Assembly: GCF_018350175.1 (NCBI RefSeq)
Contig: NC_058368.1
Span: forward strand, 139,192,001 to 139,256,000
DNA: 64,000 nucleotides
DNA from: Felis catus
Taxonomy: Eukaryota
Direction of reading: 5' to 3'
The notes beneath the pieces were generated by a model, which did no database searches, had not been told where the DNA came from, and was given only the letters and a program-made list of their open reading frames with translations. The position numbers were made by a program, and so were the translations under genes. Shown in pieces: positions 49,444 through 62,397 of the stretch. How positions within the stretch are numbered: position 1 is the first letter of the stretch; each line of letters begins with the position of its first letter.

Positions 49444-49764
49444 GAAAATTGTGTTTTCAAGTAATATTTTTTATTATGGAAAAATGCTTATAATATAATG
49501 CTAACAGAGTAAAGCAGAATTACAATTGTAATATCTACGTCTATATCCCATACACACATATATGACAGATGCAAGAAAGAGAGAGGGAGAAGCTGTAAGG
49601 AAATCTATTGATACGATAATAGGACTTATTCTGTAGGGAAGTATTATCTTTTATTTGCAATTTCCTTTCCTAAACTTTTCTGTTTTTACCACAGTGTAGA
49701 TGATGAACATTGTATTATAAATTATACGAGTCAGAGAAAATAAAGAAAAAAAAAATCATACAAG

Positions 49765-49864
49765 TGGCTGGCTCAGTCAGGAGAACGTGTGACTCTTGAT
49801 CTTGGAGTTGTGAGTTCGAGCCCCACGTTGGGTGTAGAGATTACTTAAATAAAACTTTAAAAAA
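49765..49864 (+). mobile_element. Short CanSINE
   Basis: tRNA head plus tail; aaattatacgagtca occurs upstream and downstream. Confidence 0.85.
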
Positions 49865-50076
49865 TTATACGAGTCATACAGATAATATTCTTATTATAAA
49901 ACATTAACTTGGGTTTTAAATTTTTTAACTTATGGCCATATCATATATAATTGTGTTAAAACTAGCTTTTCTCGTTGTATAGTTTGGAGATATTTCTATG
50001 CTAGTAATTATAGCTCAAACTCAGACTCAAATGGATATTAATTTTTATTTTGACAAAAAGGACATTATTAAAACAA

Positions 50077-50284
50077 TTTTTTTAATGTTTATTTATTTTA
50101 GAGAGAGAGAGAGTGGCAGATTGCAAGTGGGGGAGGGGCAGAGAGGGCAAGAGGGAATCTGAAGCAGGCTCCAGGCTCTGAGCTGTGAACACAGAGCCCG
50201 TTGTGGGGCTTGAAACCATGAACCATGAGATCATGACCTGAGCCGACGTTGGACACTTAACCCACTGAGCCACCCAGGAGCCCC
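50077..50284 (-). mobile_element. CanSINE
   Basis: TSD aaaaagg(a/t)cattatt. Confidence 0.95.
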
Positions 50285-50705
50285 AAAAAGGTCATTATTT
50301 TAAACTGAAATGTATTTGTTGCTATAGTTCAGTTTCAAGATATATCCTTTCAGGGGAAGTATCTAGTTCCACCAAAGAGGATATGAGAAGTTTGATGAGG
50401 TTAGCTGTTTCCTCTCTAATGAGAATTTGAGGTTATATCTTAAAAAGAGCTGCACTGCCTGGAGAGCAGATAGAGAACTAGAAAGCAGAGCGCGTCTGCT
50501 TATCTCTGCAGGGACTTTGGTCAATGCTCACACCTTCATGAAGCCGGAAAGTCTGAGCTGAGCAGGTATAGGAGTTTCTTCAATGGGAAGTTTGGATAAA
50601 ACTCAAGCAGTGTGATTGCAACTTGTAACAGAAGATATATTATTTGATGCATTTTCAGTGGAAACTAGGAGTTCCTCTTAAAAAATTCAGGTAGATTTAA
50701 AAACG

Positions 50706-50792
<87 letters not shown>
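50706..50792. repeat. (CT)n(CA)n compound microsatellite
   Basis: Seen directly. Confidence 0.97.
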
Positions 50793-50797
<5 letters not shown>

Positions 50798-51025
50798 ATA
50801 TTCAAGCAATATAAAATGTCCTCCTACTTCAGATCCCCAGTTCTCTAGTTTCTTTCTTTAGAGAAAACTGTTAGTAGTTACTGATGGATTATTCCAGGAG
50901 TGTTTTCTTTGAATGAGAGTAGTGAATACAAACAACACATCTCTGTCCCTCTTCACTAAAACACAAGTAGACGCATGATATAAACATACTTTTCAGCACC
51001 ATGTGATTAAAAAAAAATTTTTTTA

Positions 51026-51122
51026 GGGGAACCTGGCAACCTCAGTTGGTAGAGCATGTGACTCTCGATCTCAGGGTCATGAATTCAAGCCACACATTGG
51101 GGGTGGAACCTACTTAAAAAAA
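51026..51122 (+). mobile_element. Short CanSINE
   Basis: tRNA head plus tail. Confidence 0.8.
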
Positions 51123-51139
51123 TATTGTTGAAAAAAAAT

Positions 51140-52555
51140 TTTTTTTAGTTTGAGTATAGACGACAGTGTTACATGAGTTTCAAGTGTACAACACAGTGAT
51201 TCGACAATTCTATACATTATGCTATGCTCACCACAACTTGCTACCCTTTGTCACCATATAACTCTATTATAGTGTCATTGACTATACTCCTTATGCTGTA
51301 CCTTTTATTCCTGTGACTTACTCATTCTATTTTTTTAAGTTTATTAATTTATTTTGAAAGCGAGAGAGAGAGCGAGTAGGGGAGGGGCAGAGAGCAGAGA
51401 GGGAGAGAGAGAATCCCACAGCCTGATGAGGGGTTCAAACCACAAACTGTAAGATCATGACCTGAGCTGAAATCAAGAGTCAGATGCTTAACCGAACGAA
51501 CCACCCAGACCCCCCAACTTACTCATTCTATAACCAGAAGCCCATATCTCCCCCTCCCCTTCATCCATTTTGCCCATCCGCTCCCCACCTCTGGCAACCA
51601 CAAGCTTGTTCTTTGAATTTATAGGTCTGATTCTGTTTTTTGTTTATTCATTTGTTTTGTTTTTTAGATTCAACATGTAAGGGAAACCATATGGTATTTG
51701 TTTTTATCTCATTTCACTTAGCACAATACTCTCTGGGTCTGTATATGTTGTGGCAAATGATAAGATCTCATCCTTTTTTATGGCTGAGTAATATTTCATT
51801 ATCTATCTACATCTACATCTATATCTCATATCTTTTTTATCCATCCATTTATCCATGGACACTTGCTTCCATGTCTTGGCCATTGTAAACAATGCTACAG
51901 AAATACAGGGGTGCATATATCTTTTCAAATTGGTGTTTTCATTTTCTTTGGGCAAACACCCAGTAGTGAAATTAGTGGACCATAATATCTTTCCATTTTT
52001 AATTTTTTTGAGGAACCTCCATACTGTTGTCCACAGTGACTGCACCAGTTTGCATTCCCACCAGCAGTACACAAGGGTTCCTTCTTCTCCATATCCTCAC
52101 CCACACTTGTTGCTTCTTGTCTTTTTGAATTTACCCATTCTGACAGGTATGAGGTGGTATCTTATTGTGGTTTTGATTTGCATTTCCCTGATGATGAGTG
52201 ATATTGAGCATTTTCTCATGTATCTCTTAGCCATCTGGATGTCTTCTTTGGAAAAATGTCTATTTAGATCCTCTGCCCATTTTTAGTTGGATTATTTTTT
52301 GTATGTGTGTGTTAAGTTGTATTAGGTTCTTTAAAAATTTTGGATATTAACTCCATATCAGATGTATTATTTGCAAATATCTTCTCTCATTCAGTAGCTT
52401 GCATTTTTGTTTTGCTGATGGCTTCCTTCAACTTGCAAAAGCTTTTTATTTTGACGTATTCCCAATAGTTTAATTTGCTTTTGTGTCACATGCCAGAGGA
52501 GACATATCTAGAAAAATGTTGCTACAGCAGATGTTAAAGAAATTACTGCCTATGT
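51140..52555 (-). mobile_element. 5'-truncated carnivore L1
   Basis: ORF2 C-terminus [21 protein letters not shown] (ORF 51803-52072) plus 3'UTR; CanSINE inserted at 51330-51515. Confidence 0.9.
51330..51515 (-). mobile_element. CanSINE inside L1
   Basis: TSD acttactcattctat. Confidence 0.9.
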
Positions 52556-52854
52556 TTGGCACCATGTGATTTTTAAAAACTCGAACAGAATATTTAGTGG
52601 ATATTTTATATATTTGTAAACATATGTGTGGGTATATACTTATATATCTATACATATACAGATATTTTTTAAAAACATAATGGGACTTCAGTAAATTAAA
52701 AGAGATAAGTTAGGAAATTTACATTTCTGACAATATGATAGATATCCTGAAAAATACTTCTGCTATAGAACACCTATGAATATTAATAAAATAAAAAAAT
52801 TAAATGCATGGCTTAGCAGTTAAAAAGTCATAAAATTTATCTTTTTAAAAAATG

Positions 52855-54263
52855 TTTATTTATTTATTTATTTATTTTTTTTTTTCAATATATGAAATTT
52901 ATTGTCAAATTGGTTTCCATACAACACCCAGTGCTCATCCCAAAAGGTGCCCTCCTCAATACCCATCACCCACCCTCCCCTCCCTCCCACTCCCCATCAA
53001 CCCTCAGTTTGTTCTCAGTTTTTAAGAGTCTCCTATGCTTTGGCTCTCTCCCACTCTAACCTTTTTTTTTTTCCTTCCCCTCCCCCATGGGTTTCTGTTA
53101 AGTGTCTCAGGATCCACATAAGAGTGAAAACATATGGTATCTGTCTTTCTCTGTATGGCTTATTTCACTTAGCATCACACTCTCCAGTTCCATCCACGTT
53201 GCTACAAAGGGCCATATTTCATTCTTTCTCATTGCCATGTAGTACTCCATTGTGTATATAAACCACAATTTCTTTATCCATTCATCAGTTGATGGACATT
53301 TAGGCTCTTTCCACAATTTGGCTATTGTTGACAGTGCTGCTATAAACATTGGGGTACAAGTGCCCCTATGCATCAGTACTCTTGTATACCTTGGGTAAAT
53401 TCCTAGCAGTGCTACTCTGCTGGGTCATAGGGTAGGTCTATTTTTAATTTTTTGAGGAACCTCCACACTGTTTTCCAGAGCAGCTGCACCAGTTTGCATT
53501 CCCACAACAGTGCAAGAGGATTTCTGTTTCTCCACATCCTCTCCAGCATCTATTGTCTCCTGATTGGCTCATTTTGGCCACTCTGACTGGTGTGAGGTGG
53601 TATCTGAATGTGGTTTTGATTTGTATTTCCCTGATGAGGAGCGACATTGAGCATCTTTTCATGTGCCTGTTGGCCATCCAGATGTCTTCTTTAGAGAAGT
53701 GTCTATTCATGTTTTCTGCCCATTTCTTCACTGGATTATTTGTTTTTCGGGTGTGGAGTTTGGTGAGCTCTTTATAGATTTTGGATACTAGCCCTTTGTC
53801 CGATATGTCATTTGCAAATATCTTTTCCCATTCCGTTGGTTGCCTTTTAGTTTTGTTGATTGTTTCCTTTGCAGAAGCTTTTTATCTTCATGAGGTCCCA
53901 ATAGTTCATTTTTGCTTTTAATTCCCTTGCCTTTGGGGATGTGTCAAGTAAGAAATTGCTGCGGCTGAGGTCAGAGCGATTTTTTCCTGCTTTTTCCTCT
54001 AGGATTTTGACGGTTTCATGTCTCACATTCAGGTCCTTTATCCATTTTGAGTTTATTTTTGTGAATGGTGTGAGAAAGTGGTCTAGTTTCATCCTTCTGC
54101 ATGTTGCTGTCCAGTTCTCCCAGCACCATTTGTTAAAGAGACTGTCTTTTTTCCATTGGATGTTCTTTCCTGCTTTGTCAAAGATGAGTTGGCCATACGT
54201 TTGTGGGTCTAATTCTGGGGTTTCTATTCTATTCCATTGGTCTATGTGTCTGTTTTTGTGCCA
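52855..54263 (-). mobile_element. Relatively young 5'-truncated felid L1
   Basis: Well-preserved ORF2 C-terminal peptides (ORFs 53107-53373, 53444-53731, 53847-54092), G-rich 3'UTR tract and A-tail at the left end. Confidence 0.95.
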
Positions 54264-55171
54264 CTGAGTTCCTGTTTTAATAGCTGTGTAGATGACAGGA
54301 CACGAAGTCTAGTATCCTCAGGGTATAAAGCAGTGAAAGGCTAAACTAGAACAACATACGGCCCACAAAAAGAACAATAAGAAAACTCAGGTTTGTAGAG
54401 GAGGAATGCCATCCATGAAAAATGTTTCATAACCACTTTTAAAGAATCACTGCCATAAATAATGTTCCTGACAACTTACATGCAAAAGTCCCACCCTATC
54501 TTCACCACGCTCAACCCTTCCTAGGCAAATGTCACAACAGGTCCTGTACACACGCCCTTCAGATGGTCTGTCTTTAAGGTCAATGTAAGGCTGTTTTGAA
54601 TGTTCCTTAAATACCTTAAGAAAATTCACTGCCACAAAGCAGAATCTCAACTACTCAAAACTCTTGAAGCTCTCTCCTATCGGGTTCTATTAGATTATCA
54701 CCAGGCTTGATACAATTGCAAGTGTGGCTGTTGCTGGCCATGGTCCAAAAAAGCTGAGCTGAGAACCAGAACTGCTGCCGTGGGTGTGGGTACCGAGGAG
54801 CCTGACATAATGATTCTGGATTTGTGTACACCTACTAACATGACTTAAAATACACATAAAGCTAAAATTGACAGCAATAAAAGGATTGACAAAGTCACAC
54901 CACAGTGGAGGATTTTAATATACCTCTCAATCACTTATTTTTCTTTTCAAGATTTCATTTAAATTCAAGTGGGTTAACATACAGTGCAGTCTTGGCTTCA
55001 GGAGTAGGACCCAGTGATTCATCACTTACATGTAACATCCAGGGCTCATCATAACAAGTGTCCTCCCTTATTGCCCATCACCCATTTAGTCCATCCCAAT
55101 TCACCTCCCTTCCAGCAACCCCCAATTTGTTTTCTGTAATTAAGAGTCTCTTACGGTTTGCCTCCCTCTGT

Positions 55172-55397
55172 TTTTATCTTATTTTATTTTTCCTTTTATT
55201 TTTTTCCATGTATTTATTTTGAGAGAAAGCAGGAGCAGGGGAGAGGCAGAGAGAGAGGGAGAGAGAGAGAAGCCAAGCAGGCCCCACACTGCCAACACAG
55301 AACCCAACGTGGGGCTCAAACCCATGAAGTGCAATGTCATGACCTGAGCTGAAACCAAGAGTTGGGCGCTTAACCGAATGAGCCACCCAGGTACCCC
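55172..55397 (-). mobile_element. CanSINE inside L1
   Basis: tctgtttt on both flanks. Confidence 0.9.
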
Positions 55398-55556
55398 TCA
55401 TCTGTTTTGTTTCTTAAATTCTGCATGTGAGTGAAATCATATGGCATTTATCTTTCTCTGACTGACTTATTTCACTTAACATAATACATCAAGTTCCATC
55501 CACACCATTGCAAATGACAAAATATCATACTTTTTGATGGCTGAGTAATATTCCAC

Positions 55557-55612
<56 letters not shown>

Positions 55613-55628
55613 CGCATGTGTGTGTGTG
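55557..55628. repeat. (TG)n(CG)n microsatellite inside L1
   Basis: Alternating purine-pyrimidine tract. Confidence 0.97.
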
Positions 55629-57309
55629 ACATCTTCTTCATACATTCATCAGTTGATGGATATTTGGGCAAGGAATAAGTCTAACTTTTACTCTTCAGAG
55701 ATGACATGATACTCTACATGGAAACCCAAAAGACTCCACCAAAAAACTGTTAGAACTTATACATGAATTCAGCAAAGTTGCCGGATAAAAAAATCAACAT
55801 ACAGAAATTGGTTGTATTTCTATACACCCATAATGAAGCAGCTCCCTTTTACAATTGCACCAAAAACTATAAAATCCCTAGGGAAAAACCTAACCAAAGA
55901 TGTAAAATCTCTGTACACTGAAAACTACAGAAAGCTTACAAAAAAAAATTGGAGGTGAGAAAAAGAAATGGAAAAACATTTCATGCTCATGGATTGGAAG
56001 AACAAATATTGTTAAAATGTTTATGCTTTACCCAAAGCAATCTACATTAATGCAATCCCTGTCAAAATAACATTAGCATTTTTCACAGAGCTGGAACAAA
56101 TAATTATAAAATTTGTATGGAACGAGAAAAGACCCCAGATAGCCAAAATAATGTTGAAAAAGAAAAGCAAAGTGGGAGGCATCACAATTCTGGACCTCAA
56201 GCTAAAGTTATAATTATCAAGACAGTATGGTACTGGCACAAAAACAGACACTTAGATCAATGGAACAGAACAGAGAACCCAGAAATGGACCCCAACTATA
56301 TGATCAACTAATCTTCAACAAAGCAGGAAAAAATATCCAATGGAAAAAAGACAGTCTCTTCAACAAATGGTGCTGGGAAAACTGGATGGTGACATACAGA
56401 AAAATGAAACTGGACCAATTTAAAATGGATAGAAGACTTAAATGTGAGATAGGAAACCATCAAGATCCTAGAGGAGAACACAGGCAGCAACATCTTTGAC
56501 CGTGGCCACAGCAACTTCTTACTAGACATGTCTCCAGGGGCAAAGGAAACAAAAGCAAACATGAACTATTGGGACTTCATCAAAATAAAAGCTTCTGCAC
56601 TGCAAAGGAAACAATCAGCAAAACTAAAAGCCAACCTACGGAATAGGAGAAGATGTTTGCACATGACATATCAGATAAAGGGCTAGTATCTAAAATCTAT
56701 AAAGAACTTAGCAAACTCAACACCCAAAAAACAAAGAATCCAGTGAAGAAATGGGCAGAAGACACGAACAGATACTTCCCCAAAGAACGCATACAAATGG
56801 GTAACAGACACTTGAAAAAATGCTCAACATCACTCATCATCAGGGAAATACAAATCAAAACCATAATGAGATACCACCTCATACCTGTCAGAAGGGCTAA
56901 CATTAACAACTCAGGAAACAACAGAAGTTGGGGAGGATGCGGAGAAAGGGGAACCCTCTTACACTATTGGTGGGAACGCAAACTGGTGCAGTCAGTCTGG
57001 AAAACAGTGTGGAGGTTCCTCAGAAAGTTAGAGATAGAATGACTCTAAGACCCAGCAATTGCACTACTAGATACTTATCTAAAGGATACAAAAATACTGA
57101 TTCGAAGGGGCACATGCATTCCAATATTTATAGCGGCACTACCAACACTAGCCAAATTATGGAAATAACTCTTAAGTAGATAAAAAAAAAATCAATGAAT
57201 GTATCAGGGATATGAAGAAAATCATCAAGTTCATGTAAATATGAATTCAGTGCCTATGAATCGGAGAATACGAATTTAATGGCACAAATGAAGCAGTTAT
57301 GTTCTAGAT

Positions 57310-57512
57310 CAGGATTTGGTAAACCTTTTCTGTAAAGAGTTAGATAGTAAATGTTTTAGGCTTTGAGGACCATATGGTCTCTCTCACAAATACTCAACTC
57401 TTGCTTTTGTCGACACAGACAATATATAAACAAATGAGTATGACTGCATATCAATAAAACCTAACAAGCCACAAGCCATTTTGACCCATGGGCTGCAATT
57501 TGCCCACTCCAA
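57310..57512. mobile_element. MER58-like hAT-Charlie DNA transposon
   Basis: caggatttggtaaaccttttctgtaaagagttagatagtaaatgttttaggcttt matches the recalled MER58A start. Confidence 0.8.
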
Positions 57513-57899
57513 ATCTAAACCTTATAACAAGTCTCAACCTACTTTAAAGACTTAGTCTCATAAAAACTATGTTCTTTGACTATGGTGAAATAAAATTTGA
57601 ACTTAATTACAAATAGATGTCTCAAAACAACAATGTTGTTTTAAAGCAGATTTCTAAATTCAATGTTTTCTATTGCTGTATAACTCCAGCTCCAAAACTC
57701 AGCGCTTCTGTGATCAGCTGGGGTGGCGGTAGGGGACAGTTATCCTCGTCTTCCCTCCTATTATTTGGATTGTACCTGCATCTCTGGTCAGGCAGGCAGA
57801 TTAGCTGGGAGCAGTCTGAAATAGCCTCCCTCAGGGTGTCTGGATGTCTGTTGGCTAGGGTACTGAGGGTGACTAGACCACATGTTAGTAAATGTGAAC

Positions 57900-58620
57900 G
57901 TGGGCAGAAGACCCTGAAATTCCACCCCAAGGTATGTATCCTAGGGAAAACATTGCATATATCTAACAGAAGGAAGCTAGAAGAATGTTCAGGGAAGCAT
58001 TACTTATGCGAGCAAAAAAATATTTACATCAACAAGAGAATGAATGAATGTTGCAATATTTACACAATGGGAATGCTATATGGCAGTTCAAAAATGAATG
58101 AACCACAGTTATACACAGTAACGCAGAATAGCCTGAAATGACAAAGCAAAACACACTCCAATATAAAACTATTTATATGAAGTTTTAAATAATTCTAAGC
58201 CAAAATATATTGCTTAGGTCATAAACATATGAAATAAACCATAAAGAAAATGAGAGAATCCCAAACACAAGGTATTTATATAGAAAGATCAAATAGAGAA
58301 AGGTATACAGAGGACTGCAAAAACATTGGTAATTTTTAAATGTTTGTTTATTTTTGAGAGAGAGAGACAGAGAACGAGTGTGTGTGTGTGTGTGTGGGGG
58401 GGGAGAGGGTGCAGAGAGAGAGAGAGAGAGAAGCAGACACAGAATCTGAAGCAGGCTCCAGGCCCTGAGCTGTCAGCACAGAGCCCAAGGTGGGGCTCGA
58501 ACCCATGAACCATGAGATCATGACCTGAGCCAAAGTCAGACACTTAACTAACTGAGGCACCCAGGTGCCTGAAAACATTGGTAATTTTAATTTCTTAAAT
58601 GATTGGTGAGTATAATGCTT
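57900..58620 (+). mobile_element. Ancient L1 3' remnant with inserted SINE
   Basis: gaatgttcagggaagcatta and acacaatgggaatgctatatggcag motifs. Confidence 0.55.
58333..58570 (-). mobile_element. CanSINE
   Basis: TSD aaaacattggtaatttt. Confidence 0.95.
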
Positions 58621-58816
58621 ACTTATTATAACTTACACAGTACATATAAAATATGGCATAATGAAAAAGAAAAAATAACTTGTAAGGAAACAAAAATGAA
58701 AGCAGAGTTGTTGCAGTATTCCAGGTGAGAAGGGATGGTATATTAGAAAAAGAATAGTAATAATAATAATAGTTTAGCAAAATGAGTTTAAAATTAAGTA
58801 CTACATATACACGTAC

Positions 58817-59020
58817 TTTTTTAATGTTTATTTTTGAGAGAGAGAAAGAGAGCACATGTGCATGCAAGCAGGGTAGGAGCAGAGAGAGGGGGGGACAGTT
58901 TCTGAAGCTGGCTTTGCACTGAGAGCAGAGAGTCGGATGTGGGGCTCAAACTCATCAACCATGAGATCATGACCTGAGCTGAAGTCGGCCACTTAACTCA
59001 CTGATCCACCCAGGTGCCCC
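58817..59020 (-). mobile_element. CanSINE
   Basis: Full length. Confidence 0.92.
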
Positions 59021-59274
59021 TACACATATTTTTCAAACATATAAATGGGTATTGAAGTCAGCAAATACCTTTACAAAGTTACTATGTTTTTCCAGCCTGG
59101 AAATAAATAAATGTAGTAGATGTTACAAAACATTTTTTCTGATGTTATAGTTGTATGAATATGTAATCTAGACCAATAAACCAAGATTAAAATAAATGGT
59201 TGGGCTCAAACTCATTCTCCAGAGAATAAAAGAAAATGGGAACAGTCCAATTCCCTTTAAAAATGATTATGTTT

Positions 59275-59498
59275 GGGCGCCTGGGTGGCTCAGTCGGTTA
59301 AGCATCTGACTTTGGCTCAGGTCATGATCTCGTGGTCTGAGAGTTCGAGCCCCGCGTCGGGCTCTGTGCTGACAGCTCAGAGCCTGGAGCCTGTTTCAGA
59401 TTCTGTGTCTCCCTCTCCTTGACCCTCCCCCGTTCATGCTGTCTCTCCCTATCTCAAAAATAAATAAACGTTAAAAAAAATAAAAATAAAAATAAAAA
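59275..59498 (+). mobile_element. CanSINE
   Basis: TSD aaaaatgattatgttt. Confidence 0.97.
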
Positions 59499-59715
59499 TG
59501 ATTATGTTTACCTATCAAAAAATTATACTCTAAGTTGTTCGAATAAAGTTACCAGTTTACTGACTAAAGATCTAAATTCTTTGTATTTGATGAACGGTAG
59601 GTGTTAGGTTTTGCTCTCTTTCATGCTGACGCATGCTGTGCTACCACATTCTTGATATTTATTCCTGGTATTGAAAGTGCTTATAGCCTAAGAGATTCTG
59701 CTGTCCTAGCACTTC

Positions 59716-59720
<5 letters not shown>

Positions 59721-59770
<50 letters not shown>
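59721..59770. repeat. (CT)n microsatellite
   Basis: Seen directly. Confidence 0.97.
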
Positions 59771-59773
<3 letters not shown>

Positions 59774-60783
59774 GAGACCATTTAAATTAAATCAGTCATA
59801 GCAAGTGTGCAATTTCCCTTCGTGCGGTTTTCGAACCACTCTCCAGGAGTCAAATACATTTGTGATTTTGAGAGGTTTACATGGTGCTTCCTGTTTTCAA
59901 AAGCAATCCTTTTAAAACAAAAATAATTCTTCACTATACCTTTAGAGGAACTGGTGAAAGCAACAATAGTGGGTTTGTTATGAAGCTTTTTCGAAACTGT
60001 TACGATAATTCAGTGAAGCTGAAGCACTTTCGAGGGTCTAAATAGTTTCCCAGATTTCCCCATGGCAGTCACTGGAACTGAGTTTTGAAAAAGACAAACA
60101 TTGTCCCTGGTGAAGAGGGGTCAAATGGGACACACAGTGGTTATGGGGATGGGGGGAGGATACTTTAGAGATTTAGGTGTTTGCTAGAACCAGGTGGTAA
60201 AAAACATGGGAAGTCAAAGAATAATACAACTCGAACGACACATTTTGGAATTAACGGCAATGTAAAAAAACTTTGCTTTTCTGTTGTACAACATAAGGGA
60301 TCAGCTTAAAACAAAAAAATTATGCTGAGTGTTTAAAAAATTCTCTTTTGGTAGCTGATGAAAACTTACAAAGGATTATAAGGCTAGTCCATACAAATGG
60401 GTGATTTATTTAATTTTATAATTGATTATCTTATTTGTACAGAGATTTTTTTAAAGAAAAATATTAGATTCCAGTACAAAATAACTTAGAGAATGCATAT
60501 ATAGATTATTATAAAAATTCTACCAGGAAGCCTTTATGTACATTGTGGGTGCTTTTTAAGATTAGAGAAGAACATTCAACATGTATACGGCAGGATGTTT
60601 AAAACATAACACTCTTCAATTTTTTCATAGTCAGCCCAAAGGAGGCATTCAGGAAAGAAAAAACAAGTTCATTTTGTTTGAACATCACGTAAGAAAGTAA
60701 TGACTAATAATATCACAAGCATTCGAATCTAAGTGCTAAGAGGACCATGCCTAGAAAAATCCTTCTATTAAGAAGTTCATTGT

Positions 60784-61015
60784 GGGGCGCCTGGGTTGAA
60801 GTCGGTTAAGCGTCCGACTTCAGCCAGGTCACGATCACCCGGTCCGTGAGTTCGAGCCCCGCGTCAGGCTCTGGGCGGATGGCTCAGAGCCTGGAGCCTG
60901 TTTCCGATTCTGTGTCTCCCTCTCTCTCTGCCCCTCCCCCGTTCATGCTCTGTCTCTCTCTGTCCCAAAAATAAATAAAAAACGTTGAAAAAAAAATTAA
61001 AAAAAAGAAGAAGAA
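60784..61015 (+). mobile_element. Young felid CanSINE with altered head
   Basis: TSD aagaagttcatt. Confidence 0.95.
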
Positions 61016-61457
61016 GAAGTTCATTTTGATGAGGTGGGTAGCCATTGATTTGTTGAGCACCACTCTTCCCCCACCCCTTCTTTACAGACACAACAGACCT
61101 CAAAAGACCAATGCAGTGTACTGCCTTTCTACTCTGGTAAGGTACATGGGAAATTGTATTTTTCACCTCTAGATGGTGCAAGCTTAAAGTAATTTCTCTT
61201 TTTCAAGGTTTACTATATGAGGTGATTCATAGCATCTTCAGGTGTGCTGTTTCTGCATAACCATGTGAAAGGCATTTCTGACCTTATTCATTACAGTTTG
61301 CTTAGTTTATTTCTTAATGCACTTATTTATGATGTATGGAAGCCAATAAATATGGAGAAATTTTACTAAATGTTCCTAATAAACATTTTCTATCAGATTC
61401 AACTGAATTAAATTTCTAATGCAAAACAATTGTATTAAATGTTCTAACAACATATTC

Positions 61458-61682
61458 TTTTTTTTTAAATTTTTTTTTAACGTTTATTTAATTTTGAGAC
61501 AGAGAGAGACAGAGCATGAACGGGGGAGGGGCAGAGAGAGAGGGAGACACAGAATCGGAAGCAGGCTCCAGGCTCTGAGCCATCAGCCCAGAGCCCAACG
61601 CGGGGCTCGAACTCATGGACCATGAGATCATGACCTGAGCCGAAGTCGGACGCTCAACTGACTGAGCCACCCAGGCGTCCCC
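61458..61682 (-). mobile_element. CanSINE
   Basis: TSD ctaacaacatattct. Confidence 0.97.
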
Positions 61683-61708
61683 TAACAACATATTCTGCAA
61701 AAAAATGG

Positions 61709-61941
61709 TTTTTTTTTTTTAATTTTTTTATTTAATTTTTTTAACGTTTATTTATTTTTGAGACAGAGACAGAGCATGAACGGGAGAGGGGCAGAGAGAG
61801 AGGGAGACACAGAATCGGAAGCAGGCTCCAGGCTCTGAGCCATCAGCCCAGAGCCCGACGCGGGGCTCGAACTCACGGACCGCGAGATCGTGACCTGAGC
61901 TGAAGTCGGATGCTTAACCGACTGAGCCACCCAGGCACCCC
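61709..61941 (-). mobile_element. CanSINE
   Basis: Full length. Confidence 0.97.
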
Positions 61942-62043
61942 AAAATGTTTTTGTTTAAAGTAATTTGACATTAAAACCTGGCAGAACCCTCTTAGAACAT
62001 AATTCAACAGCAGATTCACATCAGCTAAAGGTCAAAATATTAT

Positions 62044-62397
62044 CATGGGTTGGTGAACTTGTAAAGGGCCAGATAGTAAATATTTTTAAGCTCCCTTGTA
62101 GCACAAAAGCAGACACAGATAACGTGTAAATAAATGGATGTGGCCGTGTTCCTATCAAACCTCATTTATAGAAACATGACAGGTTGGGGTGCCTGGGTGG
62201 CTCAACTGGTTAAGCATCGACTCTTAGTTTCGGCTCAGGTCGTGATCTCACAAGGTTGGTGATATGGAGCCCTCTGGGCCTAGAGCTTGGGATTCTCTCT
62301 CCCTCTTTCACTCTGCCTCTCTCTCTCTCAAAATAAACAAACCAAAAAGAAACATGACAGGCTGGATTCCTCCAAGCTGTAGTTTGCCTATTCCTTA
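62044..62397. mobile_element. MER58-like element interrupted by a CanSINE
   Basis: tgtaaagggccagatagtaaatattt and gctgtagtttgcc motifs; similar to 57310-57512. Confidence 0.75.
62186..62348 (+). mobile_element. CanSINE with internal deletion
   Basis: TSD agaaacatgacagg(t/c)tgg. Confidence 0.9.

Larger units (their letters stand above)
54936..57165. mobile_element. L1 with 5' inversion (minus 54936-55669, plus 55667-57165)
   Basis: The 3' end and tail lie on the minus strand and join a plus-strand ORF2 segment (RT motif DDMILY to the C-terminus) at a shared ggc. Confidence 0.9.

Noticed and set aside
53107..57179. ORFs with reverse-transcriptase or L1 ORF2 C-terminal similarity
   Set aside because: Truncated, frameshifted L1 fragments, not functional genes.
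57617..58141. 174-aa plus-strand ORF
   Set aside because: Runs across decayed L1 and MaLR remnants; no recognisable protein similarity.
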